Below are positions 1 through 10,209 of a stretch of DNA of 64,000 nt, piece after piece. Every line of letters begins with the position of its first letter. Position 1 is the first letter of the stretch. The notes beneath the pieces are model-generated. The model saw only the letters and a list, made by a program, of their open reading frames with translations. It had not been told where the DNA came from and ran no database searches. This DNA comes from a virus (taxonomy: Duplodnaviria; Caudoviricetes), in IMG/VR virus record IMGVR_UViG_2639762716_000004, positions 100,522 through 164,521 of that record; one strand, written 5' to 3'. The position numbers and the translations under genes are program-made.

Positions 1-58
1 CCATCAACATTTCTCCTTTTAATTAATTTATCAGCGTTTTCTCGATTGTCATTAATTA

Positions 59-970
59 TTAAAATGGCAGATCATCTTTAGAGATTGACTTAGAAGAGCT
101 TGTACTTGCTTTTCCTCCGAATCCCGTTTTCTTCTCGTTTTTTTTGCTTTTCTTACTGTCATTCTTCATTTCCTCTAGCTGCAGCTCTCTCTCAGTCAAT
201 GCTGCTTTAACTGCATTAGCGTCAAAAGCTGCTTTATCATCTTCGTCATATGGTTTAAAGCCACCTGTAATTAGAAATTCACGCTTTGTGTTATATGTAA
301 CGTTTTCTTTGTCTTTTCCAAATGCCGATTCTTGAACTGTCACTTTCTTTTCTTTAAAATTGATAATATTCCCGAATACTTTAACAGTGCTGCCCTTTTC
401 ATAATTGTTTTCTACATAATCAGATCCTTCTTTTGTTACCGCAAATGTAAAAGGAATGATCTTTCCACCATATAGAGGGATGTACCCTTCCAATAGAACT
501 CTGCCCGTTTCTTCGCCTTTAATTTTTTCTTCTCTAACGCCTTTGACAAATAATTCGACTTCAAATTCTGCTCTCGGATTGTATTCTTCATCCGACTTTA
601 AACGGTTAACAAAGTTAGTAGACAATTGCGGGTACGATTTTAAATTATCCTGGACAAAATATTCATTCAACCCAATTTTACCTTGGGTTACTCTAACTCT
701 ATCCGCCTCTTCTTTTCCATGAGTAGCTGCAGACTTATAGTCATTAATAATTGTTTTGTAACCTTTAGCGACCCCATTGTCCGAGCCATCTTCTTTTTTA
801 TACTTCGACATTCCAGTGATAGTATGTACCTCATTTGGAGCTGTTTCAATGTCTAACTCAATATTTAGCCCCTCCCCACTTTTCCATTCATTGTGGCGAA
901 CTTCTAGAAGTAATCCTTCTAAAACTACTTTGTTTTCCGCTTCTCTTAATACTGTTTGATTTTCTTCCAT
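59..970 (-). CDS. Single-stranded DNA-binding-like protein (YorF-like)
   Basis: 303 aa, beta-rich, flexible tail ending in SSB-type acidic DDLPF; the RBS and ATG of the next replication gene lie at the window start. Confidence 0.7.
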   Translation of the reverse strand: MEENQTVLREAENKVVLEGLLLEVRHNEWKSGEGLNIELDIETAPNEVHTITGMSKYKKEDGSDNGVAKGYKTIINDYKSAATHGKEEADRVRVTQGKIGLNEYFVQDNLKSYPQLSTNFVNRLKSDEEYNPRAEFEVELFVKGVREEKIKGEETGRVLLEGYIPLYGGKIIPFTFAVTKEGSDYVENNYEKGSTVKVFGNIINFKEKKVTVQESAFGKDKENVTYNTKREFLITGGFKPYDEDDKAAFDANAVKAALTERELQLEEMKNDSKKSKKNEKKTGFGGKASTSSSKSISKDDLPF

Positions 971-1200
971 TCAGCAACTCTCCTTTGCTTTATTTATATT
1001 TTTAATTAGCTTAATAATGCATCAATATACTCCCTGTATACCAGATCTCAATAATCTCAATATGTGTTTTTGCATTTTGTTCTTTGTGAAATTGCTAAGG
1101 CTGCTTCAAGACGTTGCCATTAACTTGATTATTCAAACTGACCTCAGCAAATACAACAAGAGAATATTTCATCAGTTACCTTAGAAAATGTTTATGTACG

Positions 1201-1533
1201 CTACCTGGCTATACAATGCTTTCTGTAATACTTTATGTCTTTGATGCCTAAAACTTTCGATAATTCTATGTATCTTTTCTTCGAAAATCTTGGTCTCTTA
1301 TGGTTTACAATTTTAATAACCTTCCCATTCCTCACCGTTATGTGTAGATCATGGTACATATAAACCTTTGAAAAGAGCCCACTTCTTAGTACACGCTCCG
1401 GTGCTTCTTCTTGAACCAGTTTTACATTTCGTGTAAGCTTCGCTCTTGCCTGTTCTTCCGTTATGTTTTTATTCCCCTTGACGCTTTCCCTGTAGTAATT
1501 TAAAGCATCGTTTGTAACTTTTAACATCTTCAT
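1201..1533 (-). CDS. Hypothetical phage protein (YorE-like position)
   Basis: 110 aa basic ORF, RBS GAGGTG, first gene after the promoter at 1565-1593. Confidence 0.7.
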   Translation of the reverse strand: MKMLKVTNDALNYYRESVKGNKNITEEQARAKLTRNVKLVQEEAPERVLRSGLFSKVYMYHDLHITVRNGKVIKIVNHKRPRFSKKRYIELSKVLGIKDIKYYRKHCIAR

Positions 1534-1564
1534 TTTTTCACCTCTCTCTCAATGGGTTGATTTC

Positions 1565-1593
1565 ATTATATACTTTTAATTTGTTTATGTAAA
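1565..1593 (-). promoter_or_regulatory. sigmaA promoter with repeated operator in spacer
   Basis: TTTACA-taaacaaattaaaagta(17)-TATAAT on the minus strand. Confidence 0.75.
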
Positions 1594-1714
1594 TACAAAT
1601 TGAAAATTTTTTTAGATAAAATGACAGTTTTATTTGAAACAATCGAGCTACAACACACAGCTCGATATTAGCCAATTTAATCCCAACCTTATCACGGCTC
1701 TCCTTCTCCGTAGT

Positions 1715-2380
1715 TTATTTGTTTGAAATTGATATCGTAAACAATAAACCTAATTTTTCACTAGAATAATTAAATGAATATCTTAATTTACCATAAGTTT
1801 CTGATTCAACTTTGGATGATTTAACTTCATGCTCATTTATTACATTATTCACGTCCAATTTATTGTATATCATACTCGTTATTTCATTCGTTGTCATATA
1901 TGGATTAAATACTTTCACTATAACCCCAACAACCTGAAGATAACTTTTAAGGTTGTCGCCTTCTAATTCATCTTTTGTCACTAATATTAATTCTGCAATT
2001 TTATTAGTATCCTTTTCAAATCCACCTACCAATATCAAATTATTATTAAACTCATAAGAAAAATTATTCAATTTATCTCCATCACTATATTCAAGACTTA
2101 TTGATTTACCATTTTCGCCTAAAAGCTTCTTCGCTTCTTTATTAAAGCGCTGTTCAAATTCATCAGGCGTCATCCCAATTTCATCCTGTCCGATTGTTTC
2201 AGATTCGCTTGAAGAAACACTTTGTACATCATTTGAGTTCTCTTCAGATGTGTTCTCAGAAGAAGCATTATCATCAGCAGATTCTTTGTCAGTATTATGT
2301 AAGACATTATAGATGATAATCCCCCCTCCTAATACTACAATTACCCCTAAAACGGATAAATACTTAACTAATGGTCTCAT
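1715..2380 (-). CDS. Membrane-anchored exported protein
   Basis: N-terminal TM segment, S/E/N-rich linker, globular C-domain; RBS GGAGG. Confidence 0.75.
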   Translation of the reverse strand: MRPLVKYLSVLGVIVVLGGGIIIYNVLHNTDKESADDNASSENTSEENSNDVQSVSSSESETIGQDEIGMTPDEFEQRFNKEAKKLLGENGKSISLEYSDGDKLNNFSYEFNNNLILVGGFEKDTNKIAELILVTKDELEGDNLKSYLQVVGVIVKVFNPYMTTNEITSMIYNKLDVNNVINEHEVKSSKVESETYGKLRYSFNYSSEKLGLLFTISISNK

Positions 2381-2580
2381 GACTTTCCTCCTTAACTTAT
2401 CACAAGACCATTATACTACATATTCTGCACATTTTTACTAATCAGGCGATTTTGTCTTCCTTCAATTAAGTTGTTTACGGATCGTCGATGCAGTTTTTCC
2501 TTAAGAGCATTAAAATGGCACTGAGACTTTTGCAGTCTTTATTAAAGATGAACATTCACGTATAATATTCATAAAAAGGA

Positions 2581-2976
2581 ATGAAAGGATATTTTATGAA
2601 TGTAATCAAAAAGATTGTTGTAGGATTTTTTATCTTCCATTTTACTTTTTTGTCTTTGATTTATTTGAATCTTTACCGTCTTGGTCAAGCTGATCTATGG
2701 ATTAGTACTGGTTCTTTCAATTACTTAGCAATCGTATTGTCTTATATTCCAATATTGGCATTAATCGAGTATTTCATCTTTTATTTCGTTTTAAAGCTCA
2801 TTAATTTAAAATTCTCAGTTAGAGTAACCTTAGTTGCATTATTAACGACCTTGGTCAATAGCTCGATTCTCTATTTTCAATCAAAAGAAATTTTAATTGC
2901 AGGCATGACAGCAATAAGCACTTTACTAATGAGCCTAATTTTACCTTTTATAAAGACGAAACGCACTGACTCTTAA
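2581..2976 (+). CDS. Small integral membrane protein (~4 TM)
   Basis: Highly hydrophobic 131 aa; convergent with the secreted DUF3238-like gene. Confidence 0.7.
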   Translation: MKGYFMNVIKKIVVGFFIFHFTFLSLIYLNLYRLGQADLWISTGSFNYLAIVLSYIPILALIEYFIFYFVLKLINLKFSVRVTLVALLTTLVNSSILYFQSKEILIAGMTAISTLLMSLILPFIKTKRTDS

Positions 2977-2994
2977 AAAGCCAGTGCGTTTTTA
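2958..2994. terminator. Bidirectional intrinsic terminator
   Basis: AAACGCACTG...CAGTGCGTTT stem between convergent genes, T-tract on the plus side. Confidence 0.65.
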
Positions 2995-2999
2995 ATGTT

Positions 3000-4358
3000 T
3001 TATATGCTTACATTTATACGAGCATTAGGCATTGGTGGCGCAAGATATTCAAAGCCCTTATTGTTTGCTTTAAATAGCGGAACCATTGCATCAGAATACG
3101 GAATATAGGCGTACATTTCATGGCTTGGCGCCTGGTCTCTGCTTCCGGTTGCCGTTAACCGGCCATTTTTATAGACTACTACGCCTACAGTATAAGTTAT
3201 ACCGGGAGTAACCCAACCAAAATCATTAAAAGCTACTTTGGCATTATGATTAATAAGAAAGTAATTCTGGCTCTTGTTTTTATTTCCTTGCTGTAAAGTG
3301 ATATCCTTAGACGAGGCTCGCTTTTGTTTTTTGAATTTTCCGTTTTTATCATATAATTTTGTCAAACCAACATGCTTCCTAAAGTATGTTGTTGATCCAC
3401 TTGATGTAAATCTAGCTACTGCCTCAACTTGAGTGCGATGAGATCCACCCGAAAAACTAAAAGATCTGTTATCACCACCAAATTTATCACTCCCAACAAG
3501 CCCACTCCAAATCGATTTAGCAGGTACAAGTTTGTCAGGAATAAAAGTTCTATACATTATACCTGTCTGGTTGGGATGTGGGCCAACTGGAGGTTCCCAA
3601 GCTAGGCTATTCACTTTTTCATTCTGCTCAGGAATCTTAATCGCTTTAATGTATTCATGTGGTCTAAAATAATAATCTTTCATTTGATCAAATCTGATTG
3701 TTTCCCCTCTTTTTTCAAACTCCTTGTTCACCTGTTCAATTTCAGATTCACTTAATTTTTCTAAAGCAACAAATTTATAAACATAAATTTCCCCAGGTTT
3801 AACATCTTCATCTACGAATGTCTCTTCAGCGTCATCGTCTAAGAGTTTTTCATCTTTGTATACTTCAAGTTTTCCATCAAAATCATCTTGGACATTTCCT
3901 CTTAATTTTAAAGTCAGCACATTATCATTAATCGTACTGTCTATGTACCCATCAGACTGTAATGGATTAGGCGCTTCTTCATCAGAGACATTTTTAATCG
4001 CTGCTTGCTTTTCTGGCAATGTCCTAGTATCAACATTAATCGTGTCCACTTTCTTACCAGCTTTATATGCTACAATATCATATTTTTGTGGACTAGACGG
4101 AGACAAGTCTTTTTGAATATAGTTCGACTCAGTTCCCTTCCATACCAGCTTACCTTCAGAATAAACTTCATACCTATCCCCAACATCATTCCAATCCAAC
4201 ATTACTTCCTTTGATTTTGGATTAATCTCCGTTTCTAGTTCTTCTCCTTTTGCCTGAGCAATTGGTGCTGTAAAAATGAGCGACATTGAAGCAAGAGTAA
4301 TCAATACCTTTTTATTCAAACAATCCCCTCCTTTGACATTACTACTATAAATTAACAT
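3000..4358 (-). CDS. Secreted protein, FN3-like N-region plus C-terminal DUF3238-like domain (true start probably TTG ~4319)
   Basis: Signal peptide (KKVLITLASMSLIFTAPIAQA); motifs YRTFIP, FGGDNRSF and APSHEMY typical of DUF3238. Confidence 0.65.
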   Translation of the reverse strand: MLIYSSNVKGGDCLNKKVLITLASMSLIFTAPIAQAKGEELETEINPKSKEVMLDWNDVGDRYEVYSEGKLVWKGTESNYIQKDLSPSSPQKYDIVAYKAGKKVDTINVDTRTLPEKQAAIKNVSDEEAPNPLQSDGYIDSTINDNVLTLKLRGNVQDDFDGKLEVYKDEKLLDDDAEETFVDEDVKPGEIYVYKFVALEKLSESEIEQVNKEFEKRGETIRFDQMKDYYFRPHEYIKAIKIPEQNEKVNSLAWEPPVGPHPNQTGIMYRTFIPDKLVPAKSIWSGLVGSDKFGGDNRSFSFSGGSHRTQVEAVARFTSSGSTTYFRKHVGLTKLYDKNGKFKKQKRASSKDITLQQGNKNKSQNYFLINHNAKVAFNDFGWVTPGITYTVGVVVYKNGRLTATGSRDQAPSHEMYAYIPYSDAMVPLFKANNKGFEYLAPPMPNARINVSI

Positions 4359-4493
4359 ACGAACAACCCAAAAACAACTATTTTTTTGTTTTTTTGGATA
4401 TTGACATCCATTTATATATGTTTATTTCCAAAGATGTTTAAATGAAAAAAGGATCTAAAAAGATCCTTTCTTTGGAATTTTATTATTCTCCTA

Positions 4494-4748
4494 TCAAAAT
4501 TCCTCTTCATACAAGGCTTTCTCTAAACAATCCAGTTCCTCAAGCTCACACTGTATCTTTCCTAATTTACATTTAACCTTTTCAAGGTTGTCATTTTCTA
4601 ATTGCAGTAAATCTGTCAGACGTCTAATCTTAGCCTCAATGTTTGCTTTTTGAGTGAGTAAGGAATTTTGTTGCTGCAGTAATTGCTTTCTAACCAATTC
4701 AATTGTTTCTTCTGTACATTGTCCTCCGCATAGTTGTTCTACTGACAT
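4494..4748 (-). CDS. Coiled-coil hypothetical protein
   Basis: 84 aa with heptad pattern, RBS AAGGAG. Confidence 0.6.
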   Translation of the reverse strand: MSVEQLCGGQCTEETIELVRKQLLQQQNSLLTQKANIEAKIRRLTDLLQLENDNLEKVKCKLGKIQCELEELDCLEKALYEEEF

Positions 4749-4807
4749 ATTACTTCTCCTTTTTTATTTTTAATTGGTTTATGAATCCTATAAAAGATTG
4801 TTTTTAT

Positions 4808-5062
4808 TCAAAAGTTGTGTGATAATTTCCACCCCACCTCGCAATAACATTCACTTTCTAGTTCACCGCATCCCTCGCAAAACTTTTCTATTTCAAACCC
4901 AATAAATTCATATTTTGGGTTCGCATAATATCCCTTTCCGCACCAAGAACAATACACATAGTCATCACCATCCCAGTTGGCTCGTTCATCCGATTTCTCG
5001 TGTTCGCAGTAAGGACAAATTTGTTCTTTCGAATATTCACTCATTATTCTGCCGCCTCCCAT
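4808..5062 (-). CDS. Small zinc-ribbon protein (start probably ~5044)
   Basis: Three CxxC pairs (CPYC, CSWC, CEGC). Confidence 0.6.
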   Translation of the reverse strand: MGGGRIMSEYSKEQICPYCEHEKSDERANWDGDDYVYCSWCGKGYYANPKYEFIGFEIEKFCEGCGELESECYCEVGWKLSHNF

Positions 5063-5256
5063 CCGATCTTTTCCTTGTACTCTGCTGCCGTACCCTCCAT
5101 AACGAATGAATCGCCATTTTTGAACGATACTTCGCAGCCTTCTTCTGTGTCGGTAATGCTTTTGATATCGTCATATTTGAAATGGTAAAACGGCGTTAGC
5201 TCTCCGTTTTTAAGTTGTCGGTAGATCACAAATTCCTTAAATATTGGATTACTCAT
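5044..5256 (-). CDS. Hypothetical phage protein
   Basis: 70 aa, translationally coupled to its neighbours. Confidence 0.6.
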   Translation of the reverse strand: MSNPIFKEFVIYRQLKNGELTPFYHFKYDDIKSITDTEEGCEVSFKNGDSFVMEGTAAEYKEKIGWEAAE

Positions 5257-5684
5257 TCCGCCGCCTCCAATAGATCAGGATTTCGGTATACGTCGCCGAT
5301 GACTTCATAATCTTCTTCGCAGTAATTTATATCCCCGATCCAGCAAATACCTTTCCCGTTTTCTTCCGCTGTATAATCTGAATAATAACGGCTATTAATA
5401 TTCTCCAAAGTAAATGATCCATCCCGAAATCCGACTGAAGCAGTAAAGTGTTCTTCTATTTCGTTTCCATCAAAGAACCAGTGAACACAATGAATAATAT
5501 CCCCCTCGTAAATCTCCCGGCCGTTTTTGTCCTTTAATCCGGTGTATTGCATAATATTTTCGAAAAATCCCGTTATATCCGCATTCCCGTAATATAATTT
5601 TCCATCAAAACCAACTGCATTTAAAGGGCTGTAATCCATTTTTTTAAGTGGAGCATTCCACGCCCGGAATTTAATTTCTCTCAT
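5253..5684 (-). CDS. YopX-family protein
   Basis: MREIKFRAW...MQYTGLKDKNGREIYEGDI...EVIGDVYRNPDLL signature. Confidence 0.9.
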   Translation of the reverse strand: MREIKFRAWNAPLKKMDYSPLNAVGFDGKLYYGNADITGFFENIMQYTGLKDKNGREIYEGDIIHCVHWFFDGNEIEEHFTASVGFRDGSFTLENINSRYYSDYTAEENGKGICWIGDINYCEEDYEVIGDVYRNPDLLEAAE

Positions 5685-5823
5685 CCGTTCTACCTCCCGT
5701 CATCTTGTAACCATTGTTCGATCTGTTTTTCCCTGTATCCGGCCTGCAGCAGAATCGACAGCAGCGCTTTGACTTCTTTCATAAACGTCTATATATCATT
5801 TTAATTTGTATAAAATTTCTGTT

Positions 5824-6186
5824 TTATCTAATTTTCAGTGCTTTTAATGCCGCTAAGCATGTTGCTTTCTCTGGCTTTTCTGCCCAAGCTTCATACTCAT
5901 CAAAAGAAGCACACCAATCTTCCAGACCGATAAAATCGTGTTCTCTTGATAAATAAAAATTCAGTCCATAATCTTTTTGTAGCTTCTCAACCACCTGTAA
6001 TGCTAAACTCATTTCTCCTGCAAAATTTTTAAGATTAACCACTTTCCCATCATTATCAAAAGCCAATTCATCGGCCACAATATCCCCTAAAAACTCAAAA
6101 CATTCATCTGGAGTGATTTTCTTCTTCTTGTAACCGTTGAATAATCGGTCTTGAATCAATTCATTAATTACAGCATTACTTCTCAT
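5824..6186 (-). CDS. Phage ABA-sandwich (BC1872-like) domain protein
   Basis: ALQVVEKL...WCASF...[13 protein letters not shown] pattern. Confidence 0.6.
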   Translation of the reverse strand: MRSNAVINELIQDRLFNGYKKKKITPDECFEFLGDIVADELAFDNDGKVVNLKNFAGEMSLALQVVEKLQKDYGLNFYLSREHDFIGLEDWCASFDEYEAWAEKPEKATCLAALKALKIR

Positions 6187-6407
6187 CTAATCCCTCTTCT
6201 CAATTTGTTTTTATCCATCACATCAACAACAAAAGCTTCAAATTCCTCATCCCAATACGGTTCTGTTCTTGCTATGTATTTCTTAAAAACTCCATCTTCC
6301 TCTATCATAAACGTCTGGCCGCGCTCTATTTCAGTGAATTTCTTCTTTGTCCAGATTCCCCTAATCAATACTTTCACATCTTTGAGCTGCACTGTTGCTT
6401 GGTGCAT
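6183..6407 (-). CDS. Hypothetical phage protein
   Basis: 74 aa, RBS AAGGAGG. Confidence 0.65.
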   Translation of the reverse strand: MHQATVQLKDVKVLIRGIWTKKKFTEIERGQTFMIEEDGVFKKYIARTEPYWDEEFEAFVVDVMDKNKLRRGIR

Positions 6408-6499
6408 TACATCCCTCCTTTTAATCCATTAAGTACCATCAGCATTTTACTTTAAATAACATCTCCCCTTAGATAAGATATTTAAATGGAGGTGGTTTT

Positions 6500-7312
6500 T
6501 TGTTTATAGCTCCAATGCTGCTTGATTCAGCCAAAGAGCCCTTTGATGATGAAGACTACATTACTGAGCTTAAATTTGATGGAATACGAATCATCCTATC
6601 TAAGCAAGATGGTAAGATTAAGCTCTACACGCGCCATAATAATGAAGTCACAAATAAATTCCCTGAGCTGCATGATATTGATATTCCCGAAGGGACAGTC
6701 TTAGATGGGGAAATTATCGTTACTAATTCAGATGGGTTACCCGATTTTGAATCTGTTATGGAACGTTTTCAATCAAGCAAATCTTCTCATCAAATTGTTT
6801 ATTGTGTGTTTGATGTCATAAGACTAAATGAAATTTCAATAGCTTCAGAGCCACTTGTTAAACGCAAGGAATTCCTAAGATCGCTAAACCTTAACCATCC
6901 GAATGTCTTCACTGTTGAAGGAATTCAAGGTAAAGGCAAAGCTTATTTTGAAATGGCCAAAGAAAAGAATCTTGAAGGAATCGTACTTAAGAAAGCAAAT
7001 TCCCCTTACGAGATCAACAATAGATCAGTAAACTGGATCAAGATTATAAATTATCAGTACACTGACGTGCTTATTACTGGATACACTAAGGAGGATATCA
7101 AGTTTTTTCTAAGTTATCCTGACGGTTTAGCTGCCGGATTCATGGAATTTATGCCATTCGATGAGCGCAAATACTTCCATTCTATCAAGCAAATAGAATA
7201 TGAAACTGATGATTATGTATTCATTAAGCCTTTATTATGTAATGTGAAGCACCGTTTTAAGACTAAAAATGGCAAGCTTCGTATCCCCTCATTTAATTCT
7301 TGGAGAGATTAA
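6500..7312 (+). CDS. ligB: ATP-dependent DNA ligase (SPbeta LigB/YoqV-like)
   Basis: Motif I ELKFDGIR, LDGE, VFDV, EGIVLK; 270 aa. Confidence 0.93.
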   Translation: MFIAPMLLDSAKEPFDDEDYITELKFDGIRIILSKQDGKIKLYTRHNNEVTNKFPELHDIDIPEGTVLDGEIIVTNSDGLPDFESVMERFQSSKSSHQIVYCVFDVIRLNEISIASEPLVKRKEFLRSLNLNHPNVFTVEGIQGKGKAYFEMAKEKNLEGIVLKKANSPYEINNRSVNWIKIINYQYTDVLITGYTKEDIKFFLSYPDGLAAGFMEFMPFDERKYFHSIKQIEYETDDYVFIKPLLCNVKHRFKTKNGKLRIPSFNSWRD

Positions 7313-7378
7313 TGCTCTCCATTACATAAACCTCTTGCTACAATCCATCCTCCATTTCCTAAGTGAAAATTTAATACA

Positions 7379-7582
7379 TTATTCAATTAGTTTTTGTTTT
7401 CTCATCCACTTTTGAGTTTCTTCATCTCTCCCCAACGCCATGTCTACTGCTTCTTCTATCTCTGTTACATTATTCATATCTACTCCGTGTCTACGTGCTC
7501 TGTTGCAAATCCATTCAATCTGTTGTATGGCTGTAATATAATCATGCATCCTTTGTTCTTTTGATCGTTGATTTGGTAACAA
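7379..7582 (-). CDS. Hypothetical phage protein
   Basis: 67 aa, RBS GGAGGG. Confidence 0.55.
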   Translation of the reverse strand: MLPNQRSKEQRMHDYITAIQQIEWICNRARRHGVDMNNVTEIEEAVDMALGRDEETQKWMRKQKLIE

Positions 7583-7647
7583 TACTACCCTCCCCTATCT
7601 CACCTTTTCCAATAAAATAACTATTTAACTAGAACGTAAGAGGTATT

Positions 7648-7676
7648 TAGACTAATTGATTAAAATATGGTACATT
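7648..7676 (+). promoter_or_regulatory. sigmaA promoter (extended -10) for the putative rod-shaped RNA
   Basis: TAGACT-17nt-TACATT with TG at -15/-14; predicted start ~7683. Confidence 0.6.
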
Positions 7677-7683
7677 ATGTACA

Positions 7684-7896
7684 AGCTCAAATATTCAAGG
7701 CTGCTCCTACACCCAAAACAAACCAGCTTTAAAATTCACTTTTTTGACATTCTTAATCTTAGCAACAAATTTTTTAACTGGGGCTGATTTTATGTATTTG
7801 ACAAACCACTCTTTAGAACTTATGAGTAATGTATCTACAGTTGTTGATTTTGCTGGTATTGTAGATGCGGTGGGCTCTGCCTTGAGTATTTGAGCT
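7684..7896 (+). ncRNA. Putative ~213-nt rod-like structured RNA (6S-like architecture)
   Basis: 18-bp closing stem 7684-7701/7879-7896 plus further nested stems; begins at the predicted TSS. Confidence 0.55.
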
Positions 7897-7906
7897 AAAA
7901 CCATAT

Positions 7907-8434
7907 TTATTTGGTTTTAATTGAATCCCAATCAAACGTCTCTAATATTTTCATTAAGCGCTCAACTTTTGGTGCTCTCCAAGCTGTCATAGCGTATGTA
8001 TGTACCTTTTTAGTGTAATGGTGTCGATTTCTTTTGATATGTTCTTTTGCTTCTTTTTTTGTCAGAAACATAGTGTTAGGAACAATAAATGATTCTTCTA
8101 TTTCAAAAATCGGAAAAGTTTCATCATTAACATTTTGAGCTATCCATTCCAGCATTTCGCTTTCATCATCCAGGTCATAGAGTTCTCTAAGCTCTTCAAG
8201 CATTTCCTCTGCGTACATGTTGTATTTATCATCGAGAATATCTTCAGCATATTCGCTTAACTCATAACATTCGGCTTCATCGGAAGAATAAATGCTTACC
8301 CTTTCATGTTCTCCCTCTGTGGTTTCTCTCCACCTGTAGTCCATCAATGCCCAAAAACGAGGTGCTGCCTGGCAATCTGTGTCTTGTGTTCGTAGTTCTT
8401 CCTGCAGCTCCTTTAAAAATTGAATATCCTTCAT
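7907..8434 (-). CDS. Hypothetical phage protein
   Basis: 175 aa, acidic middle, C-terminal HTYAMTAWRAP. Confidence 0.75.
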   Translation of the reverse strand: MKDIQFLKELQEELRTQDTDCQAAPRFWALMDYRWRETTEGEHERVSIYSSDEAECYELSEYAEDILDDKYNMYAEEMLEELRELYDLDDESEMLEWIAQNVNDETFPIFEIEESFIVPNTMFLTKKEAKEHIKRNRHHYTKKVHTYAMTAWRAPKVERLMKILETFDWDSIKTK

Positions 8435-8475
8435 TAATTTTCCCCTTTTAATTACTTTCAGATAAAAACATGCTT

Positions 8476-8879
8476 TTATCTAAACTCCAATGGTTCATTT
8501 AATTCATGTGCTAGTCTGCAGCCAGCAATAAACTGTTTTGTACACACTATGTATCCACCATCACGTAATATATGACCATGAGACATTTCTTTTTTCGCTA
8601 ACTCTTCTACATATGGCAAGATGGCTTCTAATTCATCCGCAACAATTTTACACATTTCAGGACTAATTTCACCATCACAATCTGAATGACCGAAAAACGC
8701 AGTTAGCCCCTTATGCGTTTTTGTGGAATAACCATCACCAAAATACCAATAGCCATCCTTTAATTTTTTATCATCGTGAGGCGGCCAACTACCTCCAATT
8801 GATCTTAATAAAAACCTTCTAAGATTATTAAACGCGAGTATGCCCCACTGAAGGCGCCATGTGTTACATCTAAACCCAT
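8476..8879 (-). pseudogene. Frameshifted phage gene (MGLDVTHGAFSGAYS//AFNNLRRF...)
   Basis: Strong RBS GGAGGAGG before ATG 8879; that frame stops after 24 aa while the body (GHSDCDGEISPE motif) is in another frame; one base is missing near 8835. Confidence 0.6.
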
Positions 8880-8934
8880 ATAATCCTCCTCCCACTCGAT
8901 GAAGTAATCTTTTAATTTGTTTAAAATGACGATT

Positions 8935-9744
8935 TTATTGACTTTTCAGCTCCACACTTATGTTGAGGTTATTTGCAATTCGTTTGCCTACCTCATTAGA
9001 TACTGTTTGAGACACTCTTTCTTTAAAGCCGTAGAGCAACCTTCCTCCATCTCCAAATCCCTCTTCTATAAGTGAGTCAATTTTTGAACTTATAAATGAC
9101 TGAAATTCCCCTGACTCTGCTGCTTTTTTAACTTCATTTGATACTGCAATACGAATCATTTCTTGAATGTCATCTTTCGTTATACCTAATTCATTATGTA
9201 TAAAGTTTTTTACTTCTTTGTATCCCCTTTTCTTATCTTTGAATTCTTGATATTCATTTTCTTTAGGCAATGGAACAAGGACACGGTAACATCCGTGTGA
9301 AAATCCGCATGTAATCTCCCCGTCTGAATCTTCGTATTCGATTACGTCAATCATGCCAACGCCCACATCAGTGACCTCCGTTACCGTTCCTTCCGATTTA
9401 CCGTCGTTCATATGAATAACCTTCTCGCCTACTTCCGCCTTGCGGTCGACCATTTCGTAGCGCTCTCCGTCAATGTGGACGACGTTGGTCGGTTCGAGTG
9501 TACGGTATTCATAATTACCAACAAGGTGACCGCATTCTGTTGCTACGCCACTACCATAACCCGTGTAGAGCTCGACCGTAAATACATCCCCATTTGAATA
9601 ATGATCTCCATAACCTGGGTCAGCATCGACAATTACGATCTTCTCGCCCAATTTCGCCTTCCTATTGACCTCTACATACTCACGTTTGATTCCCCCAAGT
9701 GATTCGTCAGAAAATACATGAGTTTTTTCGTTAGTTCTCGTCAC
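8935..9744 (-). CDS. Hypothetical protein with tandem SH3-like repeats
   Basis: Two repeats of YxxVxRKAxxGEK(I/V); RBS GGAGG. Confidence 0.75.
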   Translation of the reverse strand: MTRTNEKTHVFSDESLGGIKREYVEVNRKAKLGEKIVIVDADPGYGDHYSNGDVFTVELYTGYGSGVATECGHLVGNYEYRTLEPTNVVHIDGERYEMVDRKAEVGEKVIHMNDGKSEGTVTEVTDVGVGMIDVIEYEDSDGEITCGFSHGCYRVLVPLPKENEYQEFKDKKRGYKEVKNFIHNELGITKDDIQEMIRIAVSNEVKKAAESGEFQSFISSKIDSLIEEGFGDGGRLLYGFKERVSQTVSNEVGKRIANNLNISVELKSQ

Positions 9745-9757
9745 TTATTCATCCTCC

Positions 9758-9997
9758 CTATTCCTTATCATAAATTCCGGAGTCTCCAAGTTCATATGCT
9801 ATTCTTTCAATCAATTCAGTAACGTTTTGTCCTTCTAAGATATCACTTATGTTTTTCAATGCGATCTTGTATTGTACAGCCTTTTCAACCTGCTCGATAA
9901 GCCATTCCATATCATCGCGCTCGATTTCATCTTCATTAAATCGTTCTTTGATTTCTCTTAACTTGTCCATATTCGTTCTCCTCCCTATTTCTGTCAC
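9758..9997 (-). CDS. Hypothetical phage protein (start probably MDKL)
   Basis: RBS GGAGG before the internal ATG. Confidence 0.6.
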   Translation of the reverse strand: MTEIGRRTNMDKLREIKERFNEDEIERDDMEWLIEQVEKAVQYKIALKNISDILEGQNVTELIERIAYELGDSGIYDKE

Positions 9998-10209
9998 TGT
10001 TTAAACGAACTGCACATTAAAAATCTTCTTCTTCAAAAATTAAACTGTCAATCATTGTTCCGCATTCTTTGCATTCATAAATCCCTTGATTCCAGTGCTC
10101 CATTTCTTCACCACAAGCAGTACAAAAAAATTCACGCATAATTTTTCATTCCTTCACATTTAATGTCTACCCTCTATCATTTAAACAGCCGCTCTGGGTA
10201 CTTCCCGGC

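Noticed and set aside
144-959. Short plus-strand ORFs opposite long genes (here and throughout the window)
   Set aside because: Antisense shadows of well-supported CDSs, without RBS
7707-7904. 65-aa minus-strand ORF
   Set aside because: No RBS; it coincides with the self-complementary RNA element on the opposite strand
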